A DNA stretch of 64,000 bases from Pirellulales bacterium (GCA_963733035.1 CAVTBU010000007.1:544001-608000), one strand, 5' to 3'; shown: positions 1 through 11,540, numbered from the stretch's first letter. The notes: a model not told the origin generated them from the letters alone. Program-made: numbers and translations.

Positions 1-396
1 TGGAGTTTTCTTTCCATCAGGTCGTCATTACATCACGCAACGGCAACCGAGATTGTCGACAGAGTCCGCGTTAGCCTTGAGTCTGCCGACTATATTCGAA
101 TAACTCCGTATGAGGATGGGCAGCCTGGACGAGTGCGCTTGATAGATGACAAATCCGAATTGCGGCGCTTAGCATCACTCATTGGTGCCGCGTCAGACCC
201 GGAGGATTGGGCTATCGCTGCCGTATATTCGTGTAGGATCGATGTCTACGGCGATACCCGCGTCACGCTGAATATTGCAGGCGGCTACATGTCTGTGGGC
301 AATTGGGGAAGCAATTCGCGATTAGTGCGCATGAATGATGAGTCCGTTGATGAACTGGCAAGGCTAGTCGGACATTTGTATGTCATGAACAAATGA
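1..396 (+). CDS. Hypothetical protein, 5'-truncated by the window edge
   Basis: The frame of ORF 133..396 is open back to position 1 (WSFLSIRSSL...). No family recognised. Confidence 0.5.
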   Translation, partial: WSFLSIRSSLHHATATEIVDRVRVSLESADYIRITPYEDGQPGRVRLIDDKSELRRLASLIGAASDPEDWAIAAVYSCRIDVYGDTRVTLNIAGGYMSVGNWGSNSRLVRMNDESVDELARLVGHLYVMNK

Positions 397-965
397 GCGT
401 GTTCTTGTGCAATGGAGGATTGTCGGCACGCATCGCGGGTCATGTTCACGTCTGAACGCTTCGCGTGCCACGGAACGTTCGACGGGGGTAGCTAAAGGGG
501 ACGTAAACCTTGTCCTTGCGAGCGGACGACACTGCCGGTGCGATGCTTACCGCGCCTCGCAGTGCTCGCACGTCACAGTGCGGACATGTTTATCATATCC
601 GCAATCGGACCAATGTCCGACTGCGGGCGTTTCGCGGGTACCGCTGGGTCGGACGTGTGCGACTCACGCCTCGGCCCGCTGGATTCGGGGCGACTGTCCT
701 GCCGGATCCGGGTGGGGCTGTGATGCGGTTCGACGGACGGACGTCCGGTGGATTTCTGTCAGGCCAGGGCCGTGACCTACTTGGCTAACCCGACGCGCGA
801 GCGAGGGGGTTTGCTTTTTTCTCCCTCGATTGCGCGTCGGGTTAGTGGGTGAGGCGGCTCAAAATTCTTGGTAATTCCGCCAAGATCAAGCATACTGGAA
901 CGAATACCTGGCGGCTGATTCTGTTGTGTTCGGGCCAGGGCCTGTGGCCGCTCTAGTCTTTGGGG

Positions 966-1316
966 ATGAAACAGATGCATGATCTCATTTCAAAACTGAA
1001 TGGCGGCGAGATTCTGGGCTTGTTCGGGATCATCCTCGGCCTGATCGGCCTGGTGGGCGGATTGTCGGTGGGTTTTGTGAAAGTGATGTCTGAATACTAT
1101 CGCAAGACGCAGCTCGACGAGATGGAAGCGACGCTGAAGATGGAAATGATCCAACGCGGCATGTCGGCCGACGAGATTGCCAAGGTGCTCGAAGCCAAAA
1201 TGGGGTCCTCGAAATCTGCCTGGCAAGAGGTCCTCAGCAAGCTGGCGGTCGCGCCGACTCGCGCGGCAATGCAAGGTCGCTACGGCCGTTTCGGTACGCA
1301 ACAAGACACTCCTTGA
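966..1316 (+). CDS. Small membrane-anchored hypothetical protein
   Basis: ATG at 966, one TM segment (ILGLFGIILGLIGLVGGLSV), then the helical LKMEMIQRGMSADEI motif. Confidence 0.65.
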   Translation: MKQMHDLISKLNGGEILGLFGIILGLIGLVGGLSVGFVKVMSEYYRKTQLDEMEATLKMEMIQRGMSADEIAKVLEAKMGSSKSAWQEVLSKLAVAPTRAAMQGRYGRFGTQQDTP

Positions 1317-1357
1317 AACGCCGGCCGGCACCAAAATCTCAACCGGGCACCGAAATC

Positions 1358-3063
1358 TCAACTGGGCGCGGTTGACGCGTTTTCGCCGCTCTCCGCGGCC
1401 GGTTCGGTTTCGTTCGCGTCGGCCGGTGCGTTTTCCGGCTCCTTCGCTTTTGGCTCTTTCGTCTCGGACTCCGCCGCCTCTTTCGTCGCCGCCGAGACTT
1501 CTTCCTTGAGCCACCTGGCCCGCAGCTGGTTCCCATGGCTTTGCGGGCTGGACTTGTCCGACTCGTAGAGTTCGATGGCCTTGGCGGTTTCGCCCGAGGC
1601 TTCGTAGGCGCGGGCCAGGTTGTAACGGGCCGAGGCAGCCCAGGGCGTTTCGCGTTCGGTGCCCAGCGTTCGTTCGGCCAGGAAGTGAATCGCGTTGGGA
1701 TAGTCTTGCTGCTCGAAGAAGATCAGGCCCAGCCAAAAGCTGGCATCTTGTTTGGCTTCGCGCATCAAGAGCGACTGCGCCGCCTCCATCTTGGCGATTG
1801 TCGAGCGCGTGTATCCTTGCGACATATACTGCCTGGCCGTCTCCGGCGAGAGGCGGAAGTCGAGAATGTAATCGTCGGGCGGCCGCGCGTTCAGGTACTC
1901 GGTCTTCGCCCCGTGGTCTCCTTCGTACTCCCCTTTGAAGTGCAACGCCCGGCCTTTTTTCAACGTTGGCATCACCTGGAAGACGACGGTCTCCTTCATA
2001 GCTTCGGTATTTTGCGTCGGCGTGCGGCGGGCCTTCGCCAGGTAGACTTCAAACGGCATCGGCCATAGCTTCGCTTCGGCCACGTGGGGCAGATTGGCGA
2101 CCTGGTCGGCGAGCTCATGTCCTGGCGACGTGAGCTTCACGCGATGGACGCCGGTCAGCCGCGACTCGACCAGGGCCATGCGCGAGACAGCGCCGGCGGC
2201 GCGGCTTCGACGTATGCCACCACGTGCTTGAGATCGGCGGCCTTCACCGGGTAGGGATGCTTCGCGTCGAGGTCGAGCTTCCGCAGCAGCGAGTCGTCCT
2301 CGGCAACTTCGCTCAGCGTGGCGACGCTGCCGGGCTTGGCGCCCGGTATCGGCAGGCCGAGCCGCGTGTCGAACAAGTAGAGCTGGTCGTTGGCAACCAA
2401 TGCCGGCAGCCAGGGACGCACATTACCCCCCTTCTTGTCGGCGAGGCCCAGAAACACGACGTTCAGCCCTTGCTGGCGGGCCAGCAAGACAAACAGCCAG
2501 GCCCTTTCCTGTGCGGTGCCGCGGCCATGCAGCAGCGTTTCGAAGGGCCGGTGGCGGATCCGCTTTTCCTCGCTTCCGCTCCAGTCGGCCTGGAGTTGGA
2601 TATTGCGCACGGTCCAATCAAACAGCCGCCTGGCCACGTCCAAATCCTCGAATTGATCGGCCCGGGCCTGGTTCGAGACGTTCCTTAGCCACACCGCTTC
2701 TTGCAAGTACCAGCCATCGTCGGGAGCCTGAAAGCGCATGCCCTCGAGCGAGCTCAATTCCGGCTGATTGCGGAGCTCGGGCGATAGTTCGGCCAGCAGC
2801 GGATCGGGCTTCCAATCGACTTGTGGCGTTTCCTGCAAGTACCACTGGTTCAGCCGATCGCACGTCTGTTTGAGAATCTGATCCGTGTCGAACTGTTCGA
2901 GCTGGTCAAGGTTCTCCGCAACCGACTCGAACAGCCCGCCGCGCGTGTTCGACTGCGAAGGGCCGCGGCGAGACGTGCCGGGCGATTGATCGTTGCAACC
3001 GACAAGCAGCGCAACCATCGAAAGCATAAGGGCGGCCATGCTGCAAAACTGCGCCAATTTCAC
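1358..3063 (-). CDS. Lipoprotein with a transglutaminase-like domain and C-terminal TPR; split by a 1-nt frameshift near 2180
   Basis: Lipobox [15 protein letters not shown]...[20 protein letters not shown]. ORFs 2155..3063 and 1358..2179 join as ALSR-R-MALVES if one C is restored. TPR-like ASFWLGLI / [10 protein letters not shown]. Confidence 0.75.
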
Positions 3064-3890
3064 GCCAGATTCTCCACGGTTTCGCGTATTTGCACCAGCC
3101 GGCCGAGCAGCGGTTCGAAATCGTCCAGCGGAATCATATTGGGCCCGTCACTGGGCGAGCTGTCGGGTGATGGATGCGTTTCAAAAAACAGACCGTCGAC
3201 GCCGATGGCCGTGGCCGCCCGCGCAAGCGGTTCGACCATGGCTCGATTGCCGCCGGTCGTGGCACCCAGTCCGCCCGGTTCCTGAACGCTATGGGTCGCG
3301 TCGAAAATGACGGGGGCTCCCAACTCGGCCATCTGCACCAGCGAACGCATGTCGTTCACCAGGCGGCCGTAGCCGAAAAAAGTGCCGCGCTCGCACAATA
3401 AGATGTTACGGCAGCCGGCCGCTTGGAGTTTGCCCAAAACATGCCGCATGTCCCACGGGGCCATGAATTGCCCCTTTTTTACGTTCACGGCCCTGCCTGT
3501 CGCCGCCGCCGCTACCAGCAGATCGGTCTGTCTAGCCAGAAATGCCGGGATTTGCAGCAAATCGCACACCTCGCCGGCCGGGGCGGCTTGTTGGGTTTCG
3601 TGGATATCGGTGGTCACCGGCAGGCCCGTTTCGCGGTGCACCTTTGCCAGAATCTCCAGCCCGCGCTCGAGTCCCGGACCGCGATACGAATCGAGGCTCG
3701 TGCGGTTGGCCTTGTCGAACGATGCTTTGAAGACCAGCGACACGGGCAACCGCTCGGCCACGCCGCGCAAGTGATCGGCAATGCGGAGCGTCAGTTCGTC
3801 ATCTTCGATGACGCACGGCCCGGCGATGACGAGCAATTGCTCGCCCCGACCGCAGCGATACGGGCCGATTTCAGCGGGATTATTCGACAC
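3060..3890 (-). CDS. kdsA: 3-deoxy-8-phosphooctulonate (KDO8P) synthase
   Basis: [51 protein letters not shown] motifs; GTG start at 3890. Confidence 0.95.
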   Translation of the reverse strand: MSNNPAEIGPYRCGRGEQLLVIAGPCVIEDDELTLRIADHLRGVAERLPVSLVFKASFDKANRTSLDSYRGPGLERGLEILAKVHRETGLPVTTDIHETQQAAPAGEVCDLLQIPAFLARQTDLLVAAAATGRAVNVKKGQFMAPWDMRHVLGKLQAAGCRNILLCERGTFFGYGRLVNDMRSLVQMAELGAPVIFDATHSVQEPGGLGATTGGNRAMVEPLARAATAIGVDGLFFETHPSPDSSPSDGPNMIPLDDFEPLLGRLVQIRETVENLA

Positions 3891-4872
3891 GCGATTCGAC
3901 TCCAAGGGATTCCGGTGCTGCCGGCGCGAGCCCCAGGGCAGCGGCCCGGGCTGCCGGCACCAGCAGCGTAAGCCGCGCTGGCAGGATTTCAATTTCAACC
4001 GGCAGCAGGCCACCCGGGTCGCCGTCGAGTTGATAGGGAACCGGCTCGTCGGATTCGATCCGCACTCGCGTCGCCGTTTGGCAACGGTAGTCGGCCAATC
4101 GCTGATGGCGCCGCAGCAGCACGTGCCCGACGTAGTTCAGACCGTGCCACAGCGAGCCGCCGCGCAACGTGCAAACGTCGAACACGCCGTCGTCGGCCTT
4201 GGCCTCCGGCGCCACGATGAGCCCGCCGGCATACACGGGCATGTTGACCGCAAACGCCCACCGCGCCGCGTGCGAAAGTTCGACTTCCGGCTGGCCAGGC
4301 GACTGGCAATAGACGCGTAGCTCAGGGTAGCGATAACGGCGAATCGATTCCAGTATCGGCTGCGCCCAGGTCCAGTAGCTGATATGCCCGCCGCGACGGC
4401 GGCGATGCAGTCGTTCGACCACGTCGGCATCAAAGCCGCAGCCAACCATTAGCAAGAAGATGCGTCCGCCGGCGCGTCCGGCGTCGAGCCGCACCAAGGC
4501 TCCGTCGGAAACAAGCTGTGCCATGGCTCGCGCATCGCGCCGAATCGAGAAGTAGCCGGCCAGCAAGTTGGCCGTTCCCAACGGATACACCGTGACCGCG
4601 GTCGTCGGCGAGGTTCGATTGACGACCTCGGCCACCGTGCCGTCGCCTCCGGCGGCAATCACGGCTCGCAATCGTCCTTCGGCCTCCAGCGCGTGGGCCA
4701 GCGGCCCCAAGGCGTCCAGATCGGTCACGATCTCCGCGATCAGTCCGCGCTCGGCGATGCTGTCTCGCAGTGCCCGCAGCTCGTCGGCTCGGTGGCGCGA
4801 GCCGGCCGTCGGATTGCCGACAATGAGCACGCGGTCGAGGGGCCGTAATTCGGTGGGAGAATGGGCTTTCAC
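3880..4872 (-). CDS. Diacylglycerol/lipid kinase family protein (YegS/DAGK-like)
   Basis: [38 protein letters not shown] motifs; start is approximate. Confidence 0.9.
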   Translation of the reverse strand: MKAHSPTELRPLDRVLIVGNPTAGSRHRADELRALRDSIAERGLIAEIVTDLDALGPLAHALEAEGRLRAVIAAGGDGTVAEVVNRTSPTTAVTVYPLGTANLLAGYFSIRRDARAMAQLVSDGALVRLDAGRAGGRIFLLMVGCGFDADVVERLHRRRRGGHISYWTWAQPILESIRRYRYPELRVYCQSPGQPEVELSHAARWAFAVNMPVYAGGLIVAPEAKADDGVFDVCTLRGGSLWHGLNYVGHVLLRRHQRLADYRCQTATRVRIESDEPVPYQLDGDPGGLLPVEIEILPARLTLLVPAARAAALGLAPAAPESLGVESRVE

Positions 4873-5287
4873 AACGGGCTCTCGGAGCGCGGGCGAGCGG
4901 CGAAATGCGACGGCCGACGACCTGTCCGGCACACCCATCGACGCGGTTGGACGCAGGGTACTGTCACCGCCCGGCGGACGCAATCTGAGCCATCGGCCCG
5001 CGAGGCAAGCCGCTGTTTCCCGGATCGCCGGCCGGGCAGTCCAAATCCTGGATTCAACCGCCCGAGGTCGTGGGACTGTTGTTTCGAAAGGGCACAACTG
5101 CGGCAGAACGCGCCAGCAATGGTGGTTGGGCCAATTCTGATCCAAAAGTTGGACGACTACGCAAGCTATTCTGCCATTTCGAGATACGCAACGAAAGGGA
5201 GTCTAGTTCAAAACTTTCTTTCCATGGCATTCCGCTTGCATAGAGGAGAGCCGGTGTCGGTTACGGCACCCTAAACTTGCGGCCCGT

Positions 5288-5377
5288 GGGGCCTCTGATG
5301 AAGGTAGCCGGATAGTTACCTTGCCCCTAATTATCCGGCAACGCCAAATGTATTTGGCGCATCAGAGGCCCCTTTTT
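5288..5377. ncRNA. Structured intergenic element (candidate sRNA or MITE/REP-like unit)
   Basis: Perfect 13-bp inverted repeat GGGGCCTCTGATG (5288-5300) / CATCAGAGGCCCC (5360-5372) encloses two hairpins (5307-5339 and 5342-5359) and is followed by TTTTT. Confidence 0.5.
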
Positions 5378-5538
5378 ATTGCGCCGCGTTAGCAATCCGT
5401 GGCACCGACATTCTCGTCGCGCTACAATCGCGATCGACTGAAACGGATCGCCTGTTGGCGGTCGGCGACCGCAGCCTCTCCAGCGGCAATTCGTGCCAGT
5501 AGTTCGACCGTCGACACGATTTCACGGGGCGGTACACC

Positions 5539-6321
5539 ATGGAACTCTCGCGCAAAGTAGCCATTGTGACCGGCGGAGGGGGACCGGGAACCGGGCGCGC
5601 GGTGTCCCGGCGACTTGCGCTTGAAGGTGCAACCGTCGTCGTGGCCGACGTTGACGAGATGGCCGGGCAGGAAACCATTCGGGCGATTGCGGCCTCCGGC
5701 GGCTCGGCAGAGTTTGCACGCGTCGATGTCGGCGTCGAAGACGAAGTACGCCAGCTCGTCGAGCACGTGGAAACGACGCTGGGTGGAATCGATGTCCTGG
5801 TCAACAACGCCTCCGCGCCGTTTCCTTCGCAGGGACTTTTGCGCGGCTGGTTCGACGCCGTGCAGGTCGACTTGCTGGGCACAATGTATTCAACCTGGCA
5901 TGCGATTCCATCCATGCGTCGGCGAGGCGCTGGCGCGATCGTCAATATCAGCTCCACTTCCGCATTGGGGCATGGCTACAAGGCCTCTCCGTCGCCTGGA
6001 TACGATGTGGCCAAAGCCGGTGTGTTGCGGCTGGCGACGATGCTTGCGCCGCTGGCCGAGCAGGACAAGATTCGTGTCAACTGCCTGCTTCCCGATTGGG
6101 TCGCGACGCCCGAGCTCGTCGAGTACTGCGATTCGTTGACGCCCGAGCAGCGAGTAGCCCGCGGCGTTCCCGCGGAGTTGACGTCGCTCGAAGAGATTTC
6201 CGACGCCGTATTCGAGCTGATTACAGACGATGGCCTGGCCGGACGCGTGATGGTTTGGTGGAGTGGCGAGCCGCGCCGGCTGATCCCCCTCGGCGATCGG
6301 GGACATGAGGGCTGGCAGTAA
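5539..6321 (+). CDS. Short-chain dehydrogenase/reductase (SDR)
   Basis: VAIVTGGGGPGTG, DVLVNNAS, IVNISS, YDVAK (YxxxK), IRVNCLLP. Confidence 0.92.
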   Translation: MELSRKVAIVTGGGGPGTGRAVSRRLALEGATVVVADVDEMAGQETIRAIAASGGSAEFARVDVGVEDEVRQLVEHVETTLGGIDVLVNNASAPFPSQGLLRGWFDAVQVDLLGTMYSTWHAIPSMRRRGAGAIVNISSTSALGHGYKASPSPGYDVAKAGVLRLATMLAPLAEQDKIRVNCLLPDWVATPELVEYCDSLTPEQRVARGVPAELTSLEEISDAVFELITDDGLAGRVMVWWSGEPRRLIPLGDRGHEGWQ

Positions 6322-6345
6322 CGTCGCCTTTTCCGCCAACCCGAA

Positions 6346-7704
6346 TTAAATCAACTCTCGGATCGGTTCGCGGCGATCCAGCAAGTATTGGGGTCGGCCC
6401 GCGTGGTCCGGAATGACCGCGGTGTTCACGTCGATGCCTAGCTGCCGGTAGAGCGTGGCGAACACGTCCTGATAGTGAACCGGTCGGTCTTGCGGTACTT
6501 CTCCCAGGCGATTGGTCGAACCGATGACTTGCCCCATCCGCATTCCGCCGCCCGCGAGCAAGGCGCACGACACCTGCGGCCAGTGGTCGCGCCCGCCGCC
6601 GGGGTTAATCCGTGGCGTTCGTCCGAACTCACCCCAGGCCACCACGCTGACGTCCTCGTCGAGACCGCGCGCGTGCAGGTCTTCGACTAGCGCCGTAATC
6701 GCTTGATCCAGCTTGCCAAGCTGCTCGGGCAACCGCTCGAAGTTCGCGCCGTGACGGTCCCAACTGCCGAACGAGAGCGTCACACATCGCACGCCCGCTT
6801 CGACCAACCGTCGTGCCATGAGGAATTGATCCATCCAATGCGGTCCGGCGTCCTCACCGAAGGCCGGGTCAGCACTGCCGCGGCCGTAGCGATCGCGCAC
6901 CGCCGGATCTTCCTTCTCCAGATCGAGCGCTTCGGCCAGCTTGCTCGACGTCAGCACGTCAAACGCCTTTTGCGTCAAGGCATCCACACCACGATACACC
7001 GGCTGGGCATCAACCTGCCGGCGAAACGCATCAAAACTCCCCAGCAACTCCTGGCGGTCACGAAGTTGATCGAGCGTCACGCCGTTCAGACGCATGTCCG
7101 CCATCGCCTCGCCTTCGGGTTGAAACGGCGCATGAGCCTGCCCCAAGAAACCCGGCAACCCGGGGTTCGAATAGGGCGCGTGTCGAGTCTTGATGGTCAG
7201 GCCGACGAACGGCGCCACCGCCGGATCAACCGGACCTTGCAGTCTGGACAGCGCCGCCCCCAGCGACGGATGCCCGTCCTGCCGCCCCTTCGCTCCAATC
7301 GGATAGCCGCTCATGCACAGGTCGGAGGCATGCTGATCGGGGCAGCCGTATAACGAGCGAATGATGGCGAACTTGTCCATCATCGTCGCCAGCCGAGGCA
7401 TATGTTCGCAGATTTCGATCCCGGGGACGTTCGTCTTAATTGGCTTGAACGATCCGCGAATCTCGACTGGGGCCTGCATCTTCAGGTCGAACATGTCCTG
7501 GTGCGATGGACCACCGGACAAATAGATCATGATGATGGCTTTGTGCGAGAGGTTCTTGCCGCGCGTCAAAGGTGAGGCGTCTTCGGCCCGCAGAATCGCC
7601 GGCAGTGAGAGCCCGCCGAGTGCCAGTCCGCCAATCTTCAAGAAATGTCGCCGCGAATACCCATCGCAAAACCGCGACGGGCGCCGTCCAAGTACGGAAA
7701 GCAT
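6346..7704 (-). CDS. DUF1501 family protein with a twin-arginine signal
   Basis: SRRHFLK Tat motif, [36 protein letters not shown]. Confidence 0.92.
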   Translation of the reverse strand: MLSVLGRRPSRFCDGYSRRHFLKIGGLALGGLSLPAILRAEDASPLTRGKNLSHKAIIMIYLSGGPSHQDMFDLKMQAPVEIRGSFKPIKTNVPGIEICEHMPRLATMMDKFAIIRSLYGCPDQHASDLCMSGYPIGAKGRQDGHPSLGAALSRLQGPVDPAVAPFVGLTIKTRHAPYSNPGLPGFLGQAHAPFQPEGEAMADMRLNGVTLDQLRDRQELLGSFDAFRRQVDAQPVYRGVDALTQKAFDVLTSSKLAEALDLEKEDPAVRDRYGRGSADPAFGEDAGPHWMDQFLMARRLVEAGVRCVTLSFGSWDRHGANFERLPEQLGKLDQAITALVEDLHARGLDEDVSVVAWGEFGRTPRINPGGGRDHWPQVSCALLAGGGMRMGQVIGSTNRLGEVPQDRPVHYQDVFATLYRQLGIDVNTAVIPDHAGRPQYLLDRREPIRELI

Positions 7705-8163
7705 GGTACTCGTTCCTTTTGCAAACTTCACGAAAAACTCGGCTGCGGGCCACCCACACGATACATTGGCGTCTATTGATGTGTCCATTGCAAGCGAACG
7801 CCGCGTTTTCTTCGCTCGTGCTTATACGCGGCGCAGAGCATCTTTTTGCGGCGATCCTCCGGCGGCCGGTTCGCGTGGATTTCCAGGGCTTGAATCGCGC
7901 GACATTGCGGCACTATCCCAAAGGCGTTTGGCAGTCGCACTGGTTGTTCGAGACCGGCAGAGATACCTCGCTTCCAGCCACATTTGCGACGCTCAAAGAC
8001 GACGCATCGCACACTGCCCTGTTTTTCATCCTTGACTGCCTACGCTGATAGCAAACATCGCCGGCAGGGTACGTGATGAAGAAAATGTTAGCTTGTAACG
8101 CGCCTCGCAAGTCTCTATGTGATCAATGCTTACGGAGTTCGGTCGCGGAGAAATACGACATTT

Positions 8164-8178
8164 TGGCACGTCGATTGC
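8164..8178 (+). promoter_or_regulatory. Sigma-54 (-24/-12) promoter upstream of amtB
   Basis: TGGCAC-GTCGA-TTGC is an exact match to TGGCAC-N5-TTGC and lies upstream of a nitrogen-uptake gene. Confidence 0.75.
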
Positions 8179-8504
8179 TTTCGAGCCGTCGCGATCGAAT
8201 TGTTTCCCGTGCTTGCCTTGTAGGCGTTTGGCGGACGTAAGTAATGCCTCAAATTCTGGACGTCAATCCGACCTGCGAGCACGACGTCTACGTGGCCCTG
8301 TGTGCCGGCAGTGGCGGCGATTAAAGCGCTGAGCCGACCGCCAGTTTCCTGAAAATTTTTGTTCCCGGAGTTCAGCTGCGCTCGCGGTGCGCGCCGGGTT
8401 GGTTGTTTCGTTTTTGTATGCCGGACTGACGAATCCCGACGCACTCCGTCGGTCAGGCCGGTAGTCCGAGATCCCAGTCCTTCTGTCAACTAAGTGGAGG
8501 TCGT

Positions 8505-9984
8505 ATGAGTACTTTATTGAGCCCTCGTTTGTGGGCAGTCCTGCTGATGGCGACAACGCTGATCGCGTTGTCGACGCGATCTTATGGTGACGAGCCCGGC
8601 ACGCCCGAGGTCGCCGCTGAAGAGGCTGCCAAAGAGGAAGCCATCGCTGCCGCGGCACCGTCGGAGCCGCCTGGCTGGAACAAAGATCCGGCCAACGTCA
8701 GCATCGCGGCTCGACACGGTTTGGGTGATGGTTGCTGCGTTCCTCGTGATGTGGATGCAGGCCGGGTTCTGCCTCGTCGAGGCGGGCCTGACGCGGGCCA
8801 AGAACGCCGTGAACATCTGCATGAAAAACCTGCTGGATTTTTCCTTCGGAACGCTGGCGTTTTGGCTCGTGGGTTTTGGCTTGATGTTCAGCGTCGGCAA
8901 TAACTTCATGGGAGATAGTGGGTTCTTGCTTCGCGAGTCGACCGTCATGGTCGATGGGACCGAAACGGCCAACTTCGCTCCGCTGAGTTGGACTGCGGTT
9001 CCGCTTGAGTCGAAGTTCTTCTTCCAACTCGTATTTGCTGCCACGGCCGCGACGATTGTCTCCGGTGCCATGGCCGAACGTACAAAGTTTCTCTCCTACA
9101 TGGTCTACAGCATCTTGATCAGCTCACTCATCTACCCGATTTCGGGACATTGGATTTGGGGCGGCGGCTGGTTGGCTGATCGCGGGTTTTGGGATTTTGC
9201 CGGTTCGACGGTAGTGCACAGCGTCGGGGGTTGGCTGGCCCTGGTGGGAGCATTTGTCATTGGACCGCGTAAGGGCAAGTTTGACTCGGCCGGCAAGCCG
9301 CGGGCGATTCCAGGTCACAACATCGTGCTTGTGACGTTGGGCGTGTTCATTCTGTGGCTCGGCTGGTTCGGGTTTAACCCTGGCAGCACCATGGCTGCCG
9401 ATGCCCCCAGCATCGCGCATATTACCGTGACGACGAACACCGCGGCGGCGGCAGGCGCGATCTGTGCCATGCTGACCGCGCGGTTGATGTTCGGTAAATG
9501 GGAAGCCACGATGGCCCTCAACGGCGTGTTGGCGGGGCTGGTGGCCATCACCTGTCCGTGCAACTGGGTGAGCATCGAAGGTGCGCTGGCGATTGGTGCG
9601 ATCGCTGGACCGCTGGTTGTGCTGAGCGTAGTGTTCATCGAACACACACTGAAGATTGACGACCCGGTGGGTGCTGTTTCCGTGCACGGCGTTTGCGGTG
9701 CCTGGGGCACATTGTCACTGGGCCTGTTTTCAACCGCGAACGGCGAAGCTGCTCCCATGGCCGGCTTGTTCTATGGCGGCGACGCCACGCAGTTGATCGA
9801 ACAAGCGATCGGTGTGGGGGCCGTGTTCGGGTGGTGCATGGTGACCGGAGCGATTTGCTTCTTCGGCATCAAGTACACAATGGGCCTGCGTGTGACGCCG
9901 GAAGAAGAGGCCGAGGGTCTCGACTTTGGCGAGCACGGCAACGAGGCCTACCACGGCTTCCAGTTTGTCAGCGAAGTTGCGTAA
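8505..9984 (+). CDS. amtB: Ammonium transporter; 1-nt frameshift near 8708 separates the signal-peptide region from the core
   Basis: RBS GGAGG before ATG 8505. MQAGF, SGAMAER, DFAGSTVVH, WFGFNPGS, IDDPVGAVSVHG motifs. Confidence 0.93.
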
Positions 9985-9999
9985 CAATGCCTCGAGTCT

Positions 10000-10036
10000 C
10001 GGCGGCGGCCGCCCTCACCGGTGCGGCCGCCCGCCG
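10000..10036 (+). terminator. GC-rich hairpin after amtB
   Basis: GGCGGCCGC...GCGGCCGCC stem; weak U-tract. Confidence 0.4.
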
Positions 10037-10243
10037 GGGCCTTCTGCGAAACTCGGTAGCGCATTCTGGCTTCTCCGCTTAGCCAGAAGGACGCCCCAAA
10101 TGACTTGGGCGGGTTTGCAAAAGCTCGCCCAAGTCGGGGTGCGCGCGGGCCAGCCCGGGGTTATCCAACGCGGTCCCGCCGCCCGCCTTGTGGCGTTGCT
10201 TTTTGCGCGCGGCGTCTGTTCCGGCTTACCACAACCCCATCGG

Positions 10244-10323
10244 CCCTTGGCGGCCGGGAGGTAGACTTAGGGGCTTAACTCGCCAGTACAGCGTCAATTG
10301 GCAGAGCACGGCATTCGTAATGC
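10244..10323 (+). pseudogene. Degenerate duplicate of the tRNA-Thr promoter and 5' half
   Basis: GGTAGACTTAGGGGCTTAACT...TCAATTGGCAGAGCAC.GCATTCGTAATGC repeats 11495-11582 with several substitutions. Similarity ends after the anticodon arm. Confidence 0.8.
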
Positions 10324-10500
10324 AACGGTGCGAGTTGCGGCGCAACGACTTACGTTCACTTGCTGTGCACGCAAGACCCGCAAAAACCTCGGGAAACCTG
10401 CATAGCAGGTGTAGTCGGGCGTAGTCCCCCTCACAAGCAGAAAGTTGCAAGGCAAAAGCAGCATTCGCCGTACACCGGCGCGCCACGCTAAACTTACGGC

Positions 10501-10899
10501 ATGGACTACAAGTTGCTTGCAATCACTGCGCAATCCTTCTTTGTCATTGCGTTCGGCGGTCTTTTTCTCTGCATCGCCGGTCTAGTTGGCGGAGAATGGT
10601 TGTTGATCTCAATTGGCGGTGCTTGGGGCGTGATGGAAGCATGCGCGATGCAATTTGGCATGCGACACGCAAGTGCAGACGCATGGTCTCAAAAGCCGAA
10701 TCGACTGATTCGAGGACTCGTCAGCGGAACGATCGTCATTGTGCTTTTCTTGCCGGCGGCGGCCGCGTTTATAACCAATGGCCCCGTGCTCGGGCTCGCG
10801 GTGGTGGCGGTAATCATCGTCGGTATGAATGTGACCAGCCACTTGTGCAACTGGTGGTTCGGACCAGCCGCGCGCGGAGCGGGCCGCTCAGAATGCTAA
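10501..10899 (+). CDS. Hypothetical membrane protein (about 4 TM)
   Basis: ATG start and four hydrophobic segments. Confidence 0.55.
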   Translation: MDYKLLAITAQSFFVIAFGGLFLCIAGLVGGEWLLISIGGAWGVMEACAMQFGMRHASADAWSQKPNRLIRGLVSGTIVIVLFLPAAAAFITNGPVLGLAVVAVIIVGMNVTSHLCNWWFGPAARGAGRSEC

Positions 10900-10921
10900 T
10901 CTCGCCGCATGCGCAGGCTGC

Positions 10922-11176
10922 TCACAGGGGCGCGAATGCAGACTGTGCGTACCAAGCGCAGAGAAGCACTATCAGCAGTGCGGAGAGCGCGACGAGTATT
11001 AGCAACTGTCGCGGCGTGAATTGCCAGAACCTAGGCTCTCGCCCGTCTTGGACGGGCAGACCTTGCGCAGCTTTGAGCCCCCGTTCCAGCGAGCCCATCA
11101 CGTCCGGCAAACGCCAGAAGAATAGCAAGACGACGATTGCACCAACTATCACAAGCTCCGTCTGCCCTAATCTCAT
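10922..11176 (-). CDS. TatA/E-like small membrane protein with an extra C-terminal TM helix
   Basis: MRLGQTELVIVGAIVVLLFFWRLPDVMGSLERGLK resembles the TatA N-terminus (TM plus amphipathic helix). Confidence 0.5.
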   Translation of the reverse strand: MRLGQTELVIVGAIVVLLFFWRLPDVMGSLERGLKAAQGLPVQDGREPRFWQFTPRQLLILVALSALLIVLLCAWYAQSAFAPL

Positions 11177-11497
11177 ACGGGTATTCTATTCGAAGAATCG
11201 TTCCCCGCTCACGCGCTTCCGCGTACGCTTCTCCAGTGGCGGCGAGTTGCTCCGCATTTTCGTGAACTCGTCCAGGGTGGCCTGGGAAATGCGCCACGAT
11301 GGCCGTTTACGCGGGGAATGGACGCTAAAGGCAGGTAGTTCGCCGGATCGAACGCAACTCTGAATTCTGTCCAGGCTGATAGCACCGAGTTGAGCCAGCT
11401 CTGCCGTCGCCAGTTGAATGCGACACCAGGCGGCCAGTCATGATCACAGGCTCCCCGTTTTGCTCGTATACCTCGCCACGTGGCTCATCCGCAGCCC

Positions 11498-11526
11498 TTG
11501 GCGGAAGTGGCCGGGAAAGGTAGACT
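11498..11526 (+). promoter_or_regulatory. Sigma-70-type promoter of tRNA-Thr
   Basis: TTGGCG-N17-TAGACT, 14 nt upstream of the tRNA. Confidence 0.55.
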
Positions 11527-11540
11527 TAGGGGCTTAACTT

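Noticed and set aside
407..960. Overlapping short ORFs (407..775, 510..788, 538..723)
   Set aside because: No recognisable motifs or RBS; coding status cannot be supported.
5295..5330. Hammerhead ribozyme (CTGATGA core)
   Set aside because: No GAAA follows the would-be stem II, and the core is sequestered in the outer stem.
8425..8470. Hammerhead or glutamine riboswitch in the amtB leader
   Set aside because: CTGACGA is present, but the other conserved core nucleotides were not found.
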